DNA from: the human T2T-CHM13v2.0 reference genome, Homo sapiens
Strand: one strand, 5' to 3'
Assembly: GCF_009914755.1 (NCBI RefSeq)
Contig: NC_060928.1
Length of the DNA stretch: 64,000 nt
Part shown: positions 29,668-44,860 of the stretch, in pieces
Layout of the letters: the number at the start of each line of letters is the position of its first letter
How positions within the stretch are numbered: position 1 is the stretch's first letter
Notes under the pieces: generated by a model
Databases searched by the model: none
Seen by the model: only the letters and a program-made list of their open reading frames with translations
Told to the model about the DNA's origin: nothing
Position numbers and translations under genes: made by a program

Positions 29668-32600
29668 TTTATTATTATATTTTAAGTTCTGGGATACATG
29701 TACAGAAGGTGCAGGTTTGTTACATAGGTATACATGTGCCATGGTGGTTTGTTTCACCCATCAACCCATCATCTACATTAGGTGATTCTAATGCTATCCA
29801 TCCCCTAGCCCCCACCCCCAACTGGCCCTGGCATGTGATGTTCCCCTCCCTGTGTCCATGTGTTCTCATTGTTCAACTCCAGCTTATGAGTGAGAACATG
29901 TGGTCTTTGGCTTCCTCTTCCTATGTTACTTTGCGGAGAATGACGGTTTCCAGCTTCATCCACGTCCCTGCAAAGGACATGAACTCTTCCTTTTTCATGG
30001 CTGCATAGTATTCCATGGTGTATTTGTGCCACATTTTCTTTATCCAGTCTATAATTGATAGGCATTTGGGTTGGTTCCAAGTCTTTGCTATTGTGAATAG
30101 TGCTGCAATCAACATACATGTGCATGTGTCTTTAGAGTAGAATGATTTATAATCCTTCGTGTATATACCCAGTAATGGGATTGCTGGGTCAAATGGTATT
30201 TCTGATTATAGAGCCTTGAGGTATCACCACACTGTCTTCCACAATGGTTGAAATAATTTACACTCCCACCAACAGTGTAAAAGCATTATTATTCCTCCAC
30301 ATCCTCTCCAGCATCTGTTGTTTCCTGACTTTTTAATGATCGCCATTCTAATTGGGGTGAGATGGTATCTCATTGTGGTTTTGATTTGCATTTCTCTAAT
30401 GACCAGTGATGATGAGCTTTTTTTCATATATGTTTTTTGGCCGCATAAATGTCTCCTTTTGAAAAGTGTCTATGCAGACCTTTCATCCACTTTTTGATGG
30501 GTTTTTTTTTTTTTTTTTTGTAAATTTGTTTAAGTTCCTTGTAGATTCTGGATATTAGCCTTTTGTCAGCCTACCTATTTTGATAATCTTTTCAATAAAC
30601 CAGTTCCTGGATTCACTGATTTTTTTCTTGAAGGGTTTTTCGTGTCTCTATCTCTTCAGTTCTGCTCTGATCTTAGTTATTTCTTGTCCTCTGCTAGCCT
30701 TTGAATTTACTTGCTCTTGCTTCTCCAGTTCTCTTAATTGTGATGTTAGGGTGTCAATTTTAGATGTTTCCCATTTTCTCCTATGGGCATTTAGTGATAT
30801 AAGTTTCCCTCTAAACAATGCTTTAGCAGGTGTCCCAGAGATTCTGGTACATTGTGTCCTTGTTCTCACTGGTTTCAAATAACTTATTTATTTCTGCCTT
30901 CATTTCATTATGTACCCAGTAGTCATTCTGGAGCACGTTGTTCAGTTTCCATGTAGTTGTGCAGTTTTGAGTGAGTTTCTTAATCCTGAGTTCTAATTTG
31001 ATTGCATTGTGGTCTGAGACATTGTTTGTTATGATTTCTGTTTTTTTTAGCATTTGCTGAGGAGTGTTTTACTTCCAATTATGTAGTCAATTTTAGAATA
31101 ACTGCAATGTGGTGCTGAGAAGAATGTATATTCTGTTGATTTGGGGTGGAGAGTTCTGTAGATGTCTATTAGGTCCGCTTGGTCCAGAGCTGAGTTCAAG
31201 TCCTGAATATCCTTGTTAATTTTCTGTCTCGTTGATCTGTCTAATATTGACAGTGGGGTGTTAAAGTTTCTCACTATTATTGTGTGAGAGTCAAAGTCTC
31301 TTTGTAGGTTTCTAAGAACTACTTGCTTTATGAATCTGAGTGCTCCTGCATTGAGTGCACACATATTTAGGATAGTTAGCTCTTCTTGTTGGGTTGATCC
31401 CTTTACTGTTATGGAAAGCCCTTCTTTGTCCTTTTTGATCTTTGTTGGTTTAAAGTCTGTTTTATCAAAGACTAGGATTGCTACCCCTGCTTTTCTTTTT
31501 GCTTTCTATTTGCTTGGTAAATCTTCCTCCATCCCTTTATTTTAGCCTATGCGTGTCTTTGCACATGAGATGGGTCTTCTGAATACAGCACACCAATGGG
31601 TCTTGACTCTTTATTCAATTTTCCAGTCTGTGCCTTTCAACTGGGGCATTTAGCTTGTTTACATTTAAGGTTAATATTGTTATGTGTGAATTTGATTCTA
31701 TCATTATGATGCTAGCTGGTAATTTCGCCCATTAGTTGATGCAGTTCCTTCATAGTGTTGATGGTTTTTGCAATTTGGTATGTTTTTGCAGTGGTTGGTA
31801 CCAGTTTTCCTTTCCATATTTAGTGGTTCTTTCAGGAGCTCTTGTAAGGCAGGCTTGGAGGTGACAAAATCTCTCAGAATTTATTTGTCTGTAAGGGATT
31901 TTATTTCTCCTTTGCTTATGAAGCTTAGTTGGGCTGGATATGAAATTCTGGGTTCAAAATTCTTTCCTTTAAGAATGTTGAATATTGGCCCCCACTCTCT
32001 TCTGGCTTGTAGGGTTTCTGCAGAGAGATCTGCTGTCAGTTTGATGGGTTTTCCTTTGTAGGTAATCCTACCTTTCTCTCTGGCTGTCCTTAACATTTTT
32101 TCCTTTATTTCAACCTTGGTGAATCTGACAATTATGTGTCCTAGGGTTGCTCTTCTCGAGGGGTATCTTTGTGATGGTGTCTGTATTTCCTGAATTTGAA
32201 TGTTGGCCTGTCTTGCTAGTCTGGGAAAGTTCTCCTGGATAATATCCTGAAGAGTTTTCCAGCTTGGTTCCATTCTCCCCGTCACTTTCAGGTACACCAA
32301 TCAAACATATGTTTGGTTTTTTCACATACCCCATATTTCTTGGAGGCTTTGTTTCTTTTCATTCTTTTTCTCTAATCTTGTCTTCACGCTTCATTTCATT
32401 AAGCTGATCTTCAATCTTTGATATCCTTTCTTCCGCTTGATCAATTCGACTATTGATACTTGTGTATGCTTCATGAAGTTCTTGTGCTGTGTTCTTCAGC
32501 TCCATCAGGTCATTTATGCTCTTCTCTAAATTGGTTATTCTATTGAGCAATTCCTCTAATCTTTTTCAAGGTTCTTAGCTTCTTTGCATTGAGTTAGAAC

Positions 32601-34130
32601 ATGCCCCTTTAGCTTGGAGAAATTTTTTTATTACCCACCTTCTGAAGCCTACTTCTGTCAATTCGTCAAACTCATTCTCTGTCCAGTTTTGTTCCCTTGC
32701 TGGTGAGGAGTCGTGATCCTTTGGAGAATAAGAGATTTTCTGGTTTTTGGAATTTTCAGCCTTTTTGTTCTGGTTTTCCCTCATCTTTGGGTATTTATTT
32801 ACCTTTGGTCTTTGCTGTTGGTGACCCTCAGATGGAGGTTTTGCATTGTCATCCTTTCTGTTGATGTTGATGCTATTGCTTTCTGTTCATTGGTTTTCCT
32901 TCTAATACTCAGGGCCCTCTGCTGCAGGTCTGCTGGAGTTGGCAGGGGGTCCAATCCAGACCCTGTTTGCCTGGATATCACCAGGGGAGGCTGCTGAACT
33001 GCAAAGATTGCTGCCTGCTCCTTCCTTTGGAAGCTTTGTCCCAGACAGGCACCTCCCAGATGCCACCTGGAGCTCTCTTGTATGAGGTATCAGTCGACCC
33101 CTGCTGGGAGGTAATGCCCTATCAGGAGGCACGGGGGTCAGGGACCCACTTTACGAGGCAGTCTGTCCCTAAGCAGAGCTTGAGCGCTGTGCTGGGAGAT
33201 CCGCTGCTCTCTTCAGATCCAGCAGGCAGAAACGTTTGTCCGCTGAAGCTGCGCCCATAGCCACCCCTTCCCCCAGGTGCTCTGTCCCAGGGAGATGGAA
33301 GTTTTATCTATAAGCCCCTGACTGGGGCTGCTTCCTTTCCTTGAGAGATGCCCTGCCCCAAGAAGAGGAGTCAGAGAGGTAGTCCAGCTACAGTGGCTTT
33401 GCTGAGCTGCGGTGGGCTCTGCCCAGTCCCAACTTCCTGGTGGCTTTGTTTGCACTGTGAGGGGAAAACCTCCTAATCAAGCCTTAGTAATGGGGGACGC
33501 CCCTCCCGCCACCAAGCTTGAGTGTCCCTGATCAACTTCAGACTGCTGTGCTGGCAGCGAGAATTTCGAGAATTTCAAGCCAGTTGACCTTAGCTTGCTG
33601 GGCTTTGTAGGAGTGGGATCTGCTGAGCTAGACCACTTGGCTCCCTGACTTCAGCCCCCTTTCCCAGGAAGTGAACGGTTCTGTCTCACTGATGTTTCAG
33701 GTGTCACTGGGGTATGAAAATAAACTCCTGCAGCTAGTTCTGTGTCTGCCCAAATGGCTGCCCAGTTTTGTGCTTGAAACCCAGGGGCCTGGTGGTGTAG
33801 GCACCTGAGGGAATCTCCCAGTCTGCGGGTTGCAAAGACTGTGGGAAAAGCATAGTATCTGGGCTGGAATGCACCGTTCCTCATGGCACAGCCCCTCAAG
33901 GCTTTCCTTGGGTAAAGGAGGGAGTTCCCCAACCCCTTGCACTTCCCAGGTGAGCCGACGGCCCACCCTGCTTCTGCTGGCCCTCCATGGGCTGCACTCA
34001 CTGTCTAATCAGTCCCAATGAGATGAGCTGAGTACCTCAGTTGGAAATGCAGAAATCACTTGCCTTCTGCATTGATCTCTCTGGGAGCTGCAGACTGGAG
34101 CTGTTGCTATTCGGCCATCTTGCCAGCCAC
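29668..34130 (-). mobile_element. Primate L1 (L1PA7/8-like) with complete 5'UTR, decayed ORF1 and ORF2 lacking its central ~2 kb
   Basis: ORF1 pieces (31881-32784, GHIIVRFTKVEIKEKMLR), endonuclease pieces (31047-31364), ORF2 C-terminus (30224-30427, CWRGCG...HCWWEC), 3'UTR; junction at ~30569. Confidence 0.92.
34113..34122 (-). promoter_or_regulatory. YY1 site at the L1 5' end
   Basis: CAAGATGGCC on the minus strand at the expected L1 5'UTR start. Confidence 0.7.
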
Positions 34131-35067
34131 CAATACTTTTATGATACTTTTAAATTTACATTAGTTCTAACATATTAAATTTATTATTATTATAATTGAG
34201 ATCAAATTATAATTTACCCTGTGAAAAACTTATTTTTTCTTCTTGTTTTTTTATCATTATAAAAGTTTAAAATAAAGTAAATTGTATCTTATCTGGGTCT
34301 TATTTGTAAATGTCAAAAAGAAATTCTGTTTTATTTCCTAGCAAATAATTTTCCATGCATTTCTTTAGAGTCTTACAATTTTATTAAATGTGCACGATTT
34401 TAAAATAATGGAGAGCCCTAACTAACATTTTTATTTGCATTATTGAGTTTATATATTTTATAATCTTAATACTAGTCTGATATAGCTAATTGTTTAAGTT
34501 GGTAACAATTGGTTTCACAGGCTTCTCTACCCTTTAATTATAATCACAATGAAAGCTGCATAGCTTTTACCTCCAAAATGAGTTTTTATCTCATCATAGA
34601 GAATTGTCGGGAAGCCATTATGCTTAGAATATAATTATTCTCAAATGAATAAGATTCCAACAGTCAATTATGATTGTGAGGCTTGAAGTAACTATGCTAA
34701 TGAAACTTTTAGCCTTTTTCAGAAGCATAAAAGCTTCCAAGAGATTCGTTTGAATTTTTTTCTCTTTTAATTATCTCCATTTATAAATAAAGGACTGACA
34801 GAATATAAAAGAAAGTTTGTATTTTTAAAGACAATCAAAATAAAGCACCTTCTCTTCTCACTGAACTAAGTTTTAAAGCAAAATAAGCTATTATCTGGTA
34901 ATTACCAAAAGAGCAGGAGACAAATAATAAACCTTGGAATCAGGAAGGTTTTTGAAGCATTTGATTAATTCAGATTCTTTTAGAAAGTGTAAGATAATAG
35001 TCCATGAATTTACATGAGTATTACTCTCTCATATATCATCAGTAGACAAGATGAGAGCTATTTGGAG

Positions 35068-35094
35068 ATATATATATATATACACATATATATA
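35068..35094. repeat. (TA)n microsatellite
   Basis: Direct reading. Confidence 0.85.
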
Positions 35095-36515
35095 ACAATC
35101 TGAATAGGGACAGGTGAAGAGCATATCTGACCTTCACAAGCATGAGAATGTAAACCCATTCATGTGAATGTGACTCTAATACGTATTTAAAATCTAATTT
35201 AAATTATAATTTTAGAGAGTTTGATAGATAAGCATGAGTTATCAATCATTAATTTTAGGAAACAGAACTACCATAGACTTTCTCATTGATCCTAAACTTG
35301 TATGTCATTTTAGAGCCATTATGAAAGCTATATAATTAAAATATCTGAAGAATAACTAATACCATACATTAATAGCTGATAACCATACATTTTTAAATTC
35401 TGTAAGTTTTCTAAGCAGTAATATAAAAACACAAATAAAAAACAAACTATGAAATAAGAATAACTTTCAATAGGAGAAATTGTAAAACTAGTTAGTTTTA
35501 ACAAATGTTTTCAAAGAGGTGTGTCTATATCCATCTTATTGTTTTTATAACAATGTTTATATAAGTGTTTATTAAGTTTTATTGGTTTAACCAAGGCCCA
35601 ATTAAACAAATGTATTTTTAAAAAGGGAAGATTTTAAATTATTCTAGATGTTTCTATGTAAATAATCTGAGGCCTATTAGAAGAAAATTACATATTTAAT
35701 CTATTTCAGTCATCTTTACACAAAAGGAACTCATATGATTGAAATTACCATTTATAATAATTGCTTGTAGGTTGTTTATTTTAGAATCAAAAACAAGAAA
35801 CCTGATCTTTGGGAGAACATTTTCTATGTTAAGTAGCCCCATATCTCTCCATCTCCAAAATGGGAATTAGGTAATGCTGCTGTTTCCACAAACATCCTTT
35901 CTAGTAATGAATCAACCATTTCAATAATTTTACTTAAGTATTCTTTCCTATTGCCTACATTTTTACATCAGTTGTTTCAATGTTCTATATTTTTAAAAGG
36001 TTTTTATTTAATTGATCTTTCCTGATAGTTATTGTATTACTAAAACCATTTTTCATGTGTTGATGAAAATTGTATTTTCAGATAATCTTCTCAACGTCAA
36101 ACAAATTCTCTAATTTAATAGAAAAAAAAACAAGCAGAAGCAGAAGAAGAAGAGGAGGGACAAAAAAGAAAGTAAATCCTACTTCTTTGAAGTTTATGTT
36201 ATTCGACTAAATTGATTCATATCTTCCCCTCTACAATTACTCAAGTCATCAAGCCATTGCTTTTGGTGATTACTGTATCCATGCTAATAACTCATTCCAC
36301 ACCTTGCCCTCTTGGTTTCTGGCCTTTTTCATTTCCTTCAATATTTCCTCCACTCCAATACAGCTACCTACTCTCATGACTATATCCTAGACCATATTGT
36401 CACAAACAACATTATCACTTCTGAAATCTTTTTGAACATTGTATTCTAAAAACATCGCCTATATTTCTGGTTCATAGCTCTGCTTTTTCTCTGCTTTAAA
36501 TCTTTGACCTCATTA

Positions 36516-37050
36516 TGTCAGAGGTGTTTGAACCAGAGCGACTCCATCTTAACTAGTGGCTGGATAAAACAAGGCTGAGACCTACTGGGCTGCATTCCCA
36601 GGAGGATAGGGAATTCTTAGTCACAGGATGAGATAGGAGGTCAGCACAAGATACAGTTCACAAAGACCTTGCTGATAAAACAGGTTGCTGTAAAGAAGCC
36701 AGCCAAAACCCACCAAAAAACCAAGATAGCAGCAAGAGTGACCTCTGGTCCTTGCTGCTCATTATATGCTAATTCTAATGCATTCGTATGATAAAAGACA
36801 CTCCCACCAGCACCTTGACAGATTGCAAATGCCATGGAAACATTGGGAAGTTACCGTATATAGTCTACAAAGGGGAGGAACCCTATTGCCCACCCTTTTC
36901 TGGAAAACTCATGAGTAATCTATCCCTTGTTTAGCATATAATTCAGAAATAACCATAAAAATAGGCAGCCAGCAGCCCTCAGGGCTGCTGCGTCTATGGA
37001 GTAGCCATTCTTTTATTCCTTTACCTTCCTAATAAACTTGCTTTCACTTT
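36516..37050 (+). mobile_element. MER41 (A/B-like) LTR, 3' truncated
   Basis: tgtcagaggtgtttgaaccagagcgactccatctt start; ends shortly after aataaacttgctttcactt. Confidence 0.88.
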
Positions 37051-37297
37051 CACAAATTACAAATGTTGCTCATACTTACTCTATAATCCTACCACACTTC
37101 TTTAGTGAGATCAGTTTTTCATGTTTAAAAATGTTTATTTCATATGGTATTCTCTCACACTATCAATGTCTACTAATGCATTTTCAAACTCAATTGATTA
37201 CTCCATTTCCTTAAGAAAATAAGTCATCAAACAAAAACTCAATTATCTTCATGCAGCAAATCTATAATGTATCTGTATTTTTATTCATCTTTTATAT

Positions 37298-37914
37298 TGT
37301 CAAGTAAAAAAATCAACTTAGGTAAAGCTAGGCTTTATTCAAAAGGGATTATTATGATAAGTGAAGGGAGAGTATTGTAATAGGGAGAAGGTTCAGGCCA
37401 TGAGATCTGCAAGAATCTAAAAGGTCAGGGAGAATAGAATTTTATTTTATAAAGGTTAGAAAAAAGCTTGGAAATAACTAGGTGTGAGGGAGTGGGCGTG
37501 ATTGCAATGAGACAGTTGATCAAGGAATGTCTTTCCTTTTAGTCAGCTAATTCTCAGGAGTGGCCAACACAGAAGGGTTGTTTGATGGCTCAGGGTGAGG
37601 ATAGGTCAAAATCAGGGTCCTGGAGAAGGAGAAAAGCAAATTTAGTCAAATCAGCTAATAAGCAGTTTATTTTAACTGATCAGGAGAGACAAACAGTTCA
37701 ACTAATCTTTTATGAGGCAAATAGAAATTCAGATGGTCTGTGTCTGGCCTTATCATAGGTAAACAAGAGGGACATGATGAGTCTCATCTAAGCCATAAGG
37801 GGATGGGTTGTTTCTTGCAGTATGCCATCTCCCAAAATGCAAAAGTATGAAGGATTTTTGTAACCATCGTTGTTTTCCAGTAGCATAGGACTCTGGAAAA
37901 GTTCAATAGTGTCA
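37298..37914 (-). mobile_element. MER67-like ERV1 LTR
   Basis: TG...CA ends; minus strand reads tgacactattgaactttt...cttgtttacctatgataaggccagacacagacc. Confidence 0.7.
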
Positions 37915-39167
37915 GTTATATTTGCATCTATTAGTATAGAAGTGTCTTAAACTCATTTGCTTGTGCTCTTATCAACATTCTCTTTCTATCTACTAAAGAT
38001 TCCATTGATTACCCTTTCTCTCCTTCTTCATAAAGATCTCCCTCTCTACTAGATTATTTCTGTAAACTCACAGTCATGCCCACATATATCCAATCTGAAA
38101 ACAAGTCAAGGCAAACAAACAAACTCCTCATCTGTCTTTGGCTATGTCCATATTTCTCTTCTCCCCTGACCATGCAGGCTACCTGCGTCAACTCATATTC
38201 AATTTTGGACACTCTAAAATATGGAGTTCATCCTTCTCCTTCTCTTGAAATAAATACTGACCTCCACATTACCATTTCTAATGGATATTTTTATTTCCTC
38301 ATCTTTCTGTAACTCTCAGCAGGATTGGACACAGGGGACCACTCCTTTTATCTTGAAATACTGTTTATCTCACTTTCCAGTTTATCACACTTTCATATAT
38401 TTTCTCCAGCACCTCACTGGAAGTTCTTTTTCACTTTCCACAGTCAACTCCTCTTCTACACAATTTCCAAATACTACCATCTTCAGGCATTTTTCTAGGC
38501 CCTTTTTCACTGTCTAATTGCTCCTTGTGTGACCTCATCCATTCCCAAGGTTTTAAATGCCTTCTGTATCCCATTGATTTCAAATTTGTACTTCAATCAA
38601 GATGTCTTCTTCTGAGAGCTCTAGACTCATAAACACAACTTTCAAATTGACATCTCTATTTGGATATCAGAGGTTAAGAGAACTTCTTCAACAATGTGAC
38701 CCAGTTCTGCTGCTTCTGCTAAGACCTTTCAGATATCTTGACTACCATTGTGCCACCACAGGCTCCAAAGATTGAGACATTGTTTTCAAGATCATTCTAA
38801 TACTTAATTTATAAAATATTGTTGATGACCATAAGTGAAAGGTCATCATAGGCATCCCTGATACTACTCTTTTAACCCTCAGTTGAGAGAACCATGCTAC
38901 ATACTCTGCCATAGGATGCCTGCTGTGTGATTTTATTCATCCAGTCAAGTAGGATGTCCTAAAAAAAGAATCTAGTGTGAGAACTAAAAGTTGTCAGAAA
39001 ATTAATGATTTGAGACTCTCTCCACTAAATTGTGGCAGTACCCAAATTGTTATCACAAATGACACTTTTTCTTTTTCCTAATTACATCATCATAGACATG
39101 AGAGTGAGTGTGTTTGTTTATCTGAGACTAAAGACTTCTAATTTTAGGATTTGTAGATTGTAGACAT

Positions 39168-39639
39168 TGTGAACCCTGAAAATCTGAGACAGGCCTCAGT
39201 TAATTTAGAAAGTTTATTTTGCCAAAGTTGAGAATGTGTGCCCATGACACAGCCTTAGGTGGTCCTGACAACATGGGTCCAATGTGGTCAGAGCACAATT
39301 TGGTTTTATGTATTCTAGGGAGACATGAGATATCAATCAACATATGCAAGATGAACACTGATTCCATCTGGAAGGGCGGGACAACTTGAAGCAAAGGCAG
39401 GAAGACTTGAAGCCAGAAGGAGGCTTCCAGATCATAGGTAGATAAGAGACCAATGGTTTCATTCTTCTGAGTTTCTGATAAGCCTCTCCAAAGGAGGCAA
39501 TCAGATATGCATTTATCTCAGTGAACAGAGGGATGACTTTGAATAGAATGGGAGGCACGTTGGCCCTAAGCAATTCCCAGCTTGACTTTTCCCTTTAGCT
39601 TATGGATTTCGTGGCCCCAAGATTTATTTTCCTTTCACA
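39168..39639 (-). mobile_element. MER4A-like solo LTR (second copy)
   Basis: TG...CA ends; perfect TSD acat (39164-67 and 39640-43); homologous to 17075-17523. Confidence 0.88.
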
Positions 39640-39959
39640 ACATGTGTTCCTAGATGTAACTTTGTTTGATATTATTGTCTAATATCTAACAGGCATCACA
39701 AGCCTAAATGGGTGTAAAGAAAGAAAATTCTCAATTTCCTGTTACAAATATGGTCCCTCTCACAGTTTTCTCAGTCTCAATAATTATTACAACTATCTAA
39801 TTCATCTACCCAATTAATAAATATCAATATATGGAGGCCATTCTCAATAAATTAATTTCTCTTTTCACATCCAGTTCATCAGCAACTCATGTCATCTTTA
39901 TCTAAAAAATACATCTCTACCTCTCTTTGTAATTGCTCTCCTAAAAATGATTACCTTAG

Positions 39960-40392
<433 letters not shown>

Positions 40393-43300
40393 TAGATATG
40401 TCAAAAATATGCAATTGCCTAGAAAAAACTCAAATTTATCTGTAAGGACCAATCTGGCCTCTGCTTAATATTTCAATTACATCTCATGTCATTCATTTAT
40501 TTTAATTATGTTCTAATTGTATTTATTTAACAATAATTACTGAGCCGCTGCTTGGTACTTGGAACTGCTCTATCACAGTAAAAAATTTATACTCTATTAA
40601 TGCTTATATATTATTCCAGAAGACAGTACACAAAATCAGTTAAGTAAATCATAGAAGATATTAGAAAATGATAATTTCTATAAAGGGAAAGTAAAGCAGA
40701 GAAGAATGACAGAGAGTCTGTGGAATGGGGTGGTAAGTTCCAAGTTCACATCACTCTTGTGCCTTTAGGATGGAAAGCTTGTCTGTCTTCTTCAACATAG
40801 GATCTCCAGTCCCAACACAGTGACTGACTCATAGGAGCTTCTTCCTAAAATCCTGGTGCTTAATAAGAACTTGTTATAAGAATAAAATGCCCATGATCAC
40901 TACAAGTTGTTGATTCTCCCTGAAAAAAAAATTTAATAGTATAGAATATTCCACTTTTATAAGCAGGTAATATTTTAAATGGCAAGAGGATAAACTTTTA
41001 AAACACCATAGTGATATTTTGTTTGCTCATTAGTTTTTTTCTGAATGCTTCGAGTTTTAACCACATTTGACCTATTTTTAAGAAAAAAATCAAATCAGGT
41101 CAATGACATTTATACTAGAAATCTAAAATATGTATTTTATTCATATATGAAAAATAGAAATGCGTTTCTTCAAAATTAAATAACTGATTCTATTATGAGA
41201 GTCTTAAATTTTTTTTATTTTTAAGCCATGTTTATGTTCTATTACTTGAAGGGAATATTTTGTGTTCAAATGGGGAAAGAGTAAAGTAAAAATTTATAAT
41301 CACATATTATATTATACTTTAATTTGTCTTTACTTATGAGATTAACATATCAATCTTTAATAAGAAAAATTAATTTCTTGGCTGTCATGAACTGTATGTC
41401 CTCAAGTGTTAAATCTCTGGGAGCTCAAAGTTGTGTCTGTATAATGATAAATGCAGTCAATTAGGTTGTCAATTCTTATCAATGAATCACTACATTTAAA
41501 AAATAAACAAGTTGTTAATAAAATGTAATGAATCTCTCATCATCTGGTTTAATTGTCTCATTTAGTAAAAAACATTAAAATTAGGAAGCATTTGAATTTC
41601 TCTTTTTGAAATATCTATATTAATTGTTAACATATTATGAATGATATAATAGTATTTTCAGTAATGTCTTCATAATACCGTGAATCAGCTGTAGCAATAT
41701 AGGATGTGTTCTACTCATGGTTGAATTGACTGAGCTGTACCCACATGGCACCCAGTCAAAACGAATTCTGACTCAATTTTCAAATGTGTACAAATATATT
41801 TTCCTCAGAAAGTATAGCTAAATTGGGAGGGTTTGGGCATGCATTCAACTGACAAAGTTTGCACATAGTTGCAAGCAAAATTTCAAAAAAGTGACTGAAG
41901 CACCAATCAAAATGCCAAGGTAGAAAGCTAGCAATGAAACTTTTTGAAAGTGTTGAATAAGTGAACATGATTTTTTTAAGACAGAAAGTGAACAATTTAT
42001 ATTTGTAGCTTAGAAGCTTGGGTTCAGCAAAATCTAGAATTTACACATTTGAAGAATCATCTGTGGTTTTCTTATGATTCGGTGGTGTTGACATTTATAT
42101 CATTTGCCTTACTTCTGTCTATTGGTTCATTGGTCTAGCCCTTCTTACTCCCTCCCAATTTTGTGTAAATTCCTCCCCTTTAGGTTTTACTTTAACAAGC
42201 TTATAACCTTTTTCCTATTTTTAGATAGTAAGGCGTAGCTGCTGAAAATTGATGAAGTTAAATAACACTGCTCACTTTGAAGTCTAGCATCTTATTAGAG
42301 CTGTTACAGAGACTGTATCAGCTTCCCTGAGGTTTGAGAAAGACAATGCCTTGATGGCCACTGCTCTATTGATTACACAGCTGGATCCATTCATTATCTG
42401 GTCTCTTTCCTTTTCTGAAATTAGTCCCTAGAGAATGTGACTGGAAGACACAGACACAGTAAGTACAAGTTATTGGTCTCATTACTGGAACCCGTAGAAA
42501 ATGTGAAAATCCTTTGGGACTTTTTCAGTCCCAAAACTGACATGAGAAATCCTGACCTCATTGGCCTTAGACATGTTTTACTCTTTAGTTATTTATATAG
42601 CTTTTCATTGCTTAGAGAGTAAAACTCAAACTCTTTAAGCCTAGTACAGAAGGCTCTCTATTTACCAACCTTTCCTTCCATTTTCTTACATGCACCCTTG
42701 ATCCTTATAGGCTGTTGGAACCCTCCCTCCCTTTCATAATTTGCACCTGCTGTTCAGTGATTCAAAATATCATTTGAAAAGTAGAACATGTTGTTAATGA
42801 TTTATTGTTCCAGGTCACCCTTTTCATTATTGCCTCTGGAATACAAATTAGATATACCCTTTCCTCTGGTATCCCAAACCATGACATCAGAATAATCATC
42901 CTCTAATTAGACAAAACATAAGAAAACAGGAATATTGCTTCTCCTTCAATTTCTGATCAGCCACAAACATAGACCATGTACTCTAAATTCTATGCATTAA
43001 TATCTCTCACATGTCATTACCAAAGAGACCTTCATTTTCTTTTTACTGTGCTTATACCTCTGAAGGCAAATATCTATATCCCCTGCAATAGCAAAATATT
43101 TGACACACCTAAGAGTTCTGTAAATGCTTGTAGAACAAGTGAATGAACAAAATGAATGCCAGTACTCACTGTTGCAAGTAACTAATGGAAAAACTAGAAT
43201 TTACTGGAGGCATACTAAGTAATTTATAGAACCTGTGGAAGGAATGACGCAAGGCCTTAGGCTAGAACTGGAACTGAGACTGCTCAGGAAGTCATCTTTT

Positions 43301-43399
43301 TGCTTAATCTCTACTTATTTCTTCCAATATGCTTCATTTTTCTTTGTCCCTGATTCTTTCTTTCCCTTTCTTCCTCCTCTGGCTCTCCTTCTAGCATAG

Positions 43400-43688
<289 letters not shown>

Positions 43689-43877
43689 AGATTTTTTTGC
43701 TTATCTCATCGACGTGCCTGTAACTCTCTAACTGACCTTTCACAACCTACATTGACAAATATAGAAACTGATTTGTCCATGTTAGGTCAAGTTTTCATCC
43801 CAGAAATAAACAGCTATGGTCAAAGATTCAGATGTACATGATACAAATATATTTGTAGTTATGTGGCTGGGGGAAGT

Positions 43878-44262
43878 ACACAAAGCTTCCATAGCTCTCT
43901 GAGCAGCTACCCTCCCAATATCTTGATGTTTTCATCCAGAAGCTCTCCAACCCCACCCTTCAGAGATTTTTATGGATATTTCATTCTATAAGCATAATTG
44001 ATTAAATCATTGGCCATTGATGATTAATTCAATCTCTAGCCCCTCTTCCCTCCTCAGAGGTAGGCAGGGGTAGGGAGGGAGGAAGAGTTGAAAGTTCCAG
44101 CCCTCTAATCATACATTTGGTTCCTCTGGCAACCAGCCCCCATCCTGAAGCTATTTAAGGGCTCACAAAAAGTCACCTTATTAGCATAAACTCAGGTACA
44201 AGCGTTTTAGAAATTCTATATCAGGAATGAGGACAGAGTAAGATAATTATTTAATATTTAAT
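43878..44262 (-). mobile_element. MER21/MER77-like LTR fragment
   Basis: gattaaatcattggccattgatgattaattcaatctctagcccctcttccctcc and ggttcctctggcaaccagcccccatcctga. Confidence 0.7.
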
Positions 44263-44449
44263 ATTTGGTTTATTAAATCAATTGATTTTTTTAATCCAAG
44301 AAAAACAGCAGAAAACAGGAGGCTACTCTTGTTTATAAAATTCCTTAAGGAGAGAAGCATCTGCTGAAGCTAGAAGAAAGAAATGTAGGAGATAAATGAA
44401 GAAACAAGTTATAAAAATACAATTTACAATGCTAACAAACGAAAGTTAA

Positions 44450-44670
44450 CTGAACACCTACTAGGGCCCACTACTCTATACACTTTATGGACATGATGTC
44501 TATTCTTCCCAATGACAGTATCATGTAATTAGAAATCTCCTTAATTTAAGGGGAGGAAATTGAGGCTCAAGTAGCTTCCCTAAGGTCACATAGCCAGTAA
44601 GTGAAGAAAATGATATTCAAACATAGATCTGGGTCACACCAAAGCCTGTACAGTGTCCAGTACAATAATA
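44450..44670 (-). mobile_element. MIR
   Basis: gaggaaattgaggctc...aaggtcacatagccagtaagtg. Confidence 0.7.
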
Positions 44671-44860
44671 CATATCACTGGATTGTTGCCTACCCATTGG
44701 TGATTTACATATTCATATATGCCCTGTTCTTCAGTTTCCTAAGTCATCTATTATTCTGATTTTCCAGCAAATAATGTAACACTATAAGCATACACAGATA
44801 CAAAATCTGCCACAGTAAGCACATATAGATACAAAATGCCCCATTTTTTTCTCAACAACG

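Noticed and set aside
29544-34021. Dense ORF cluster as an operon-like or novel system
   Set aside because: All are broken L1 ORF1/ORF2/UTR frames or their antisense.
17075-39639. Two same-orientation MER4A LTRs as the ends of one 22-kb provirus
   Set aside because: Each has its own TSD (gtca/gtta and acat/acat), so they are independent solo LTRs.
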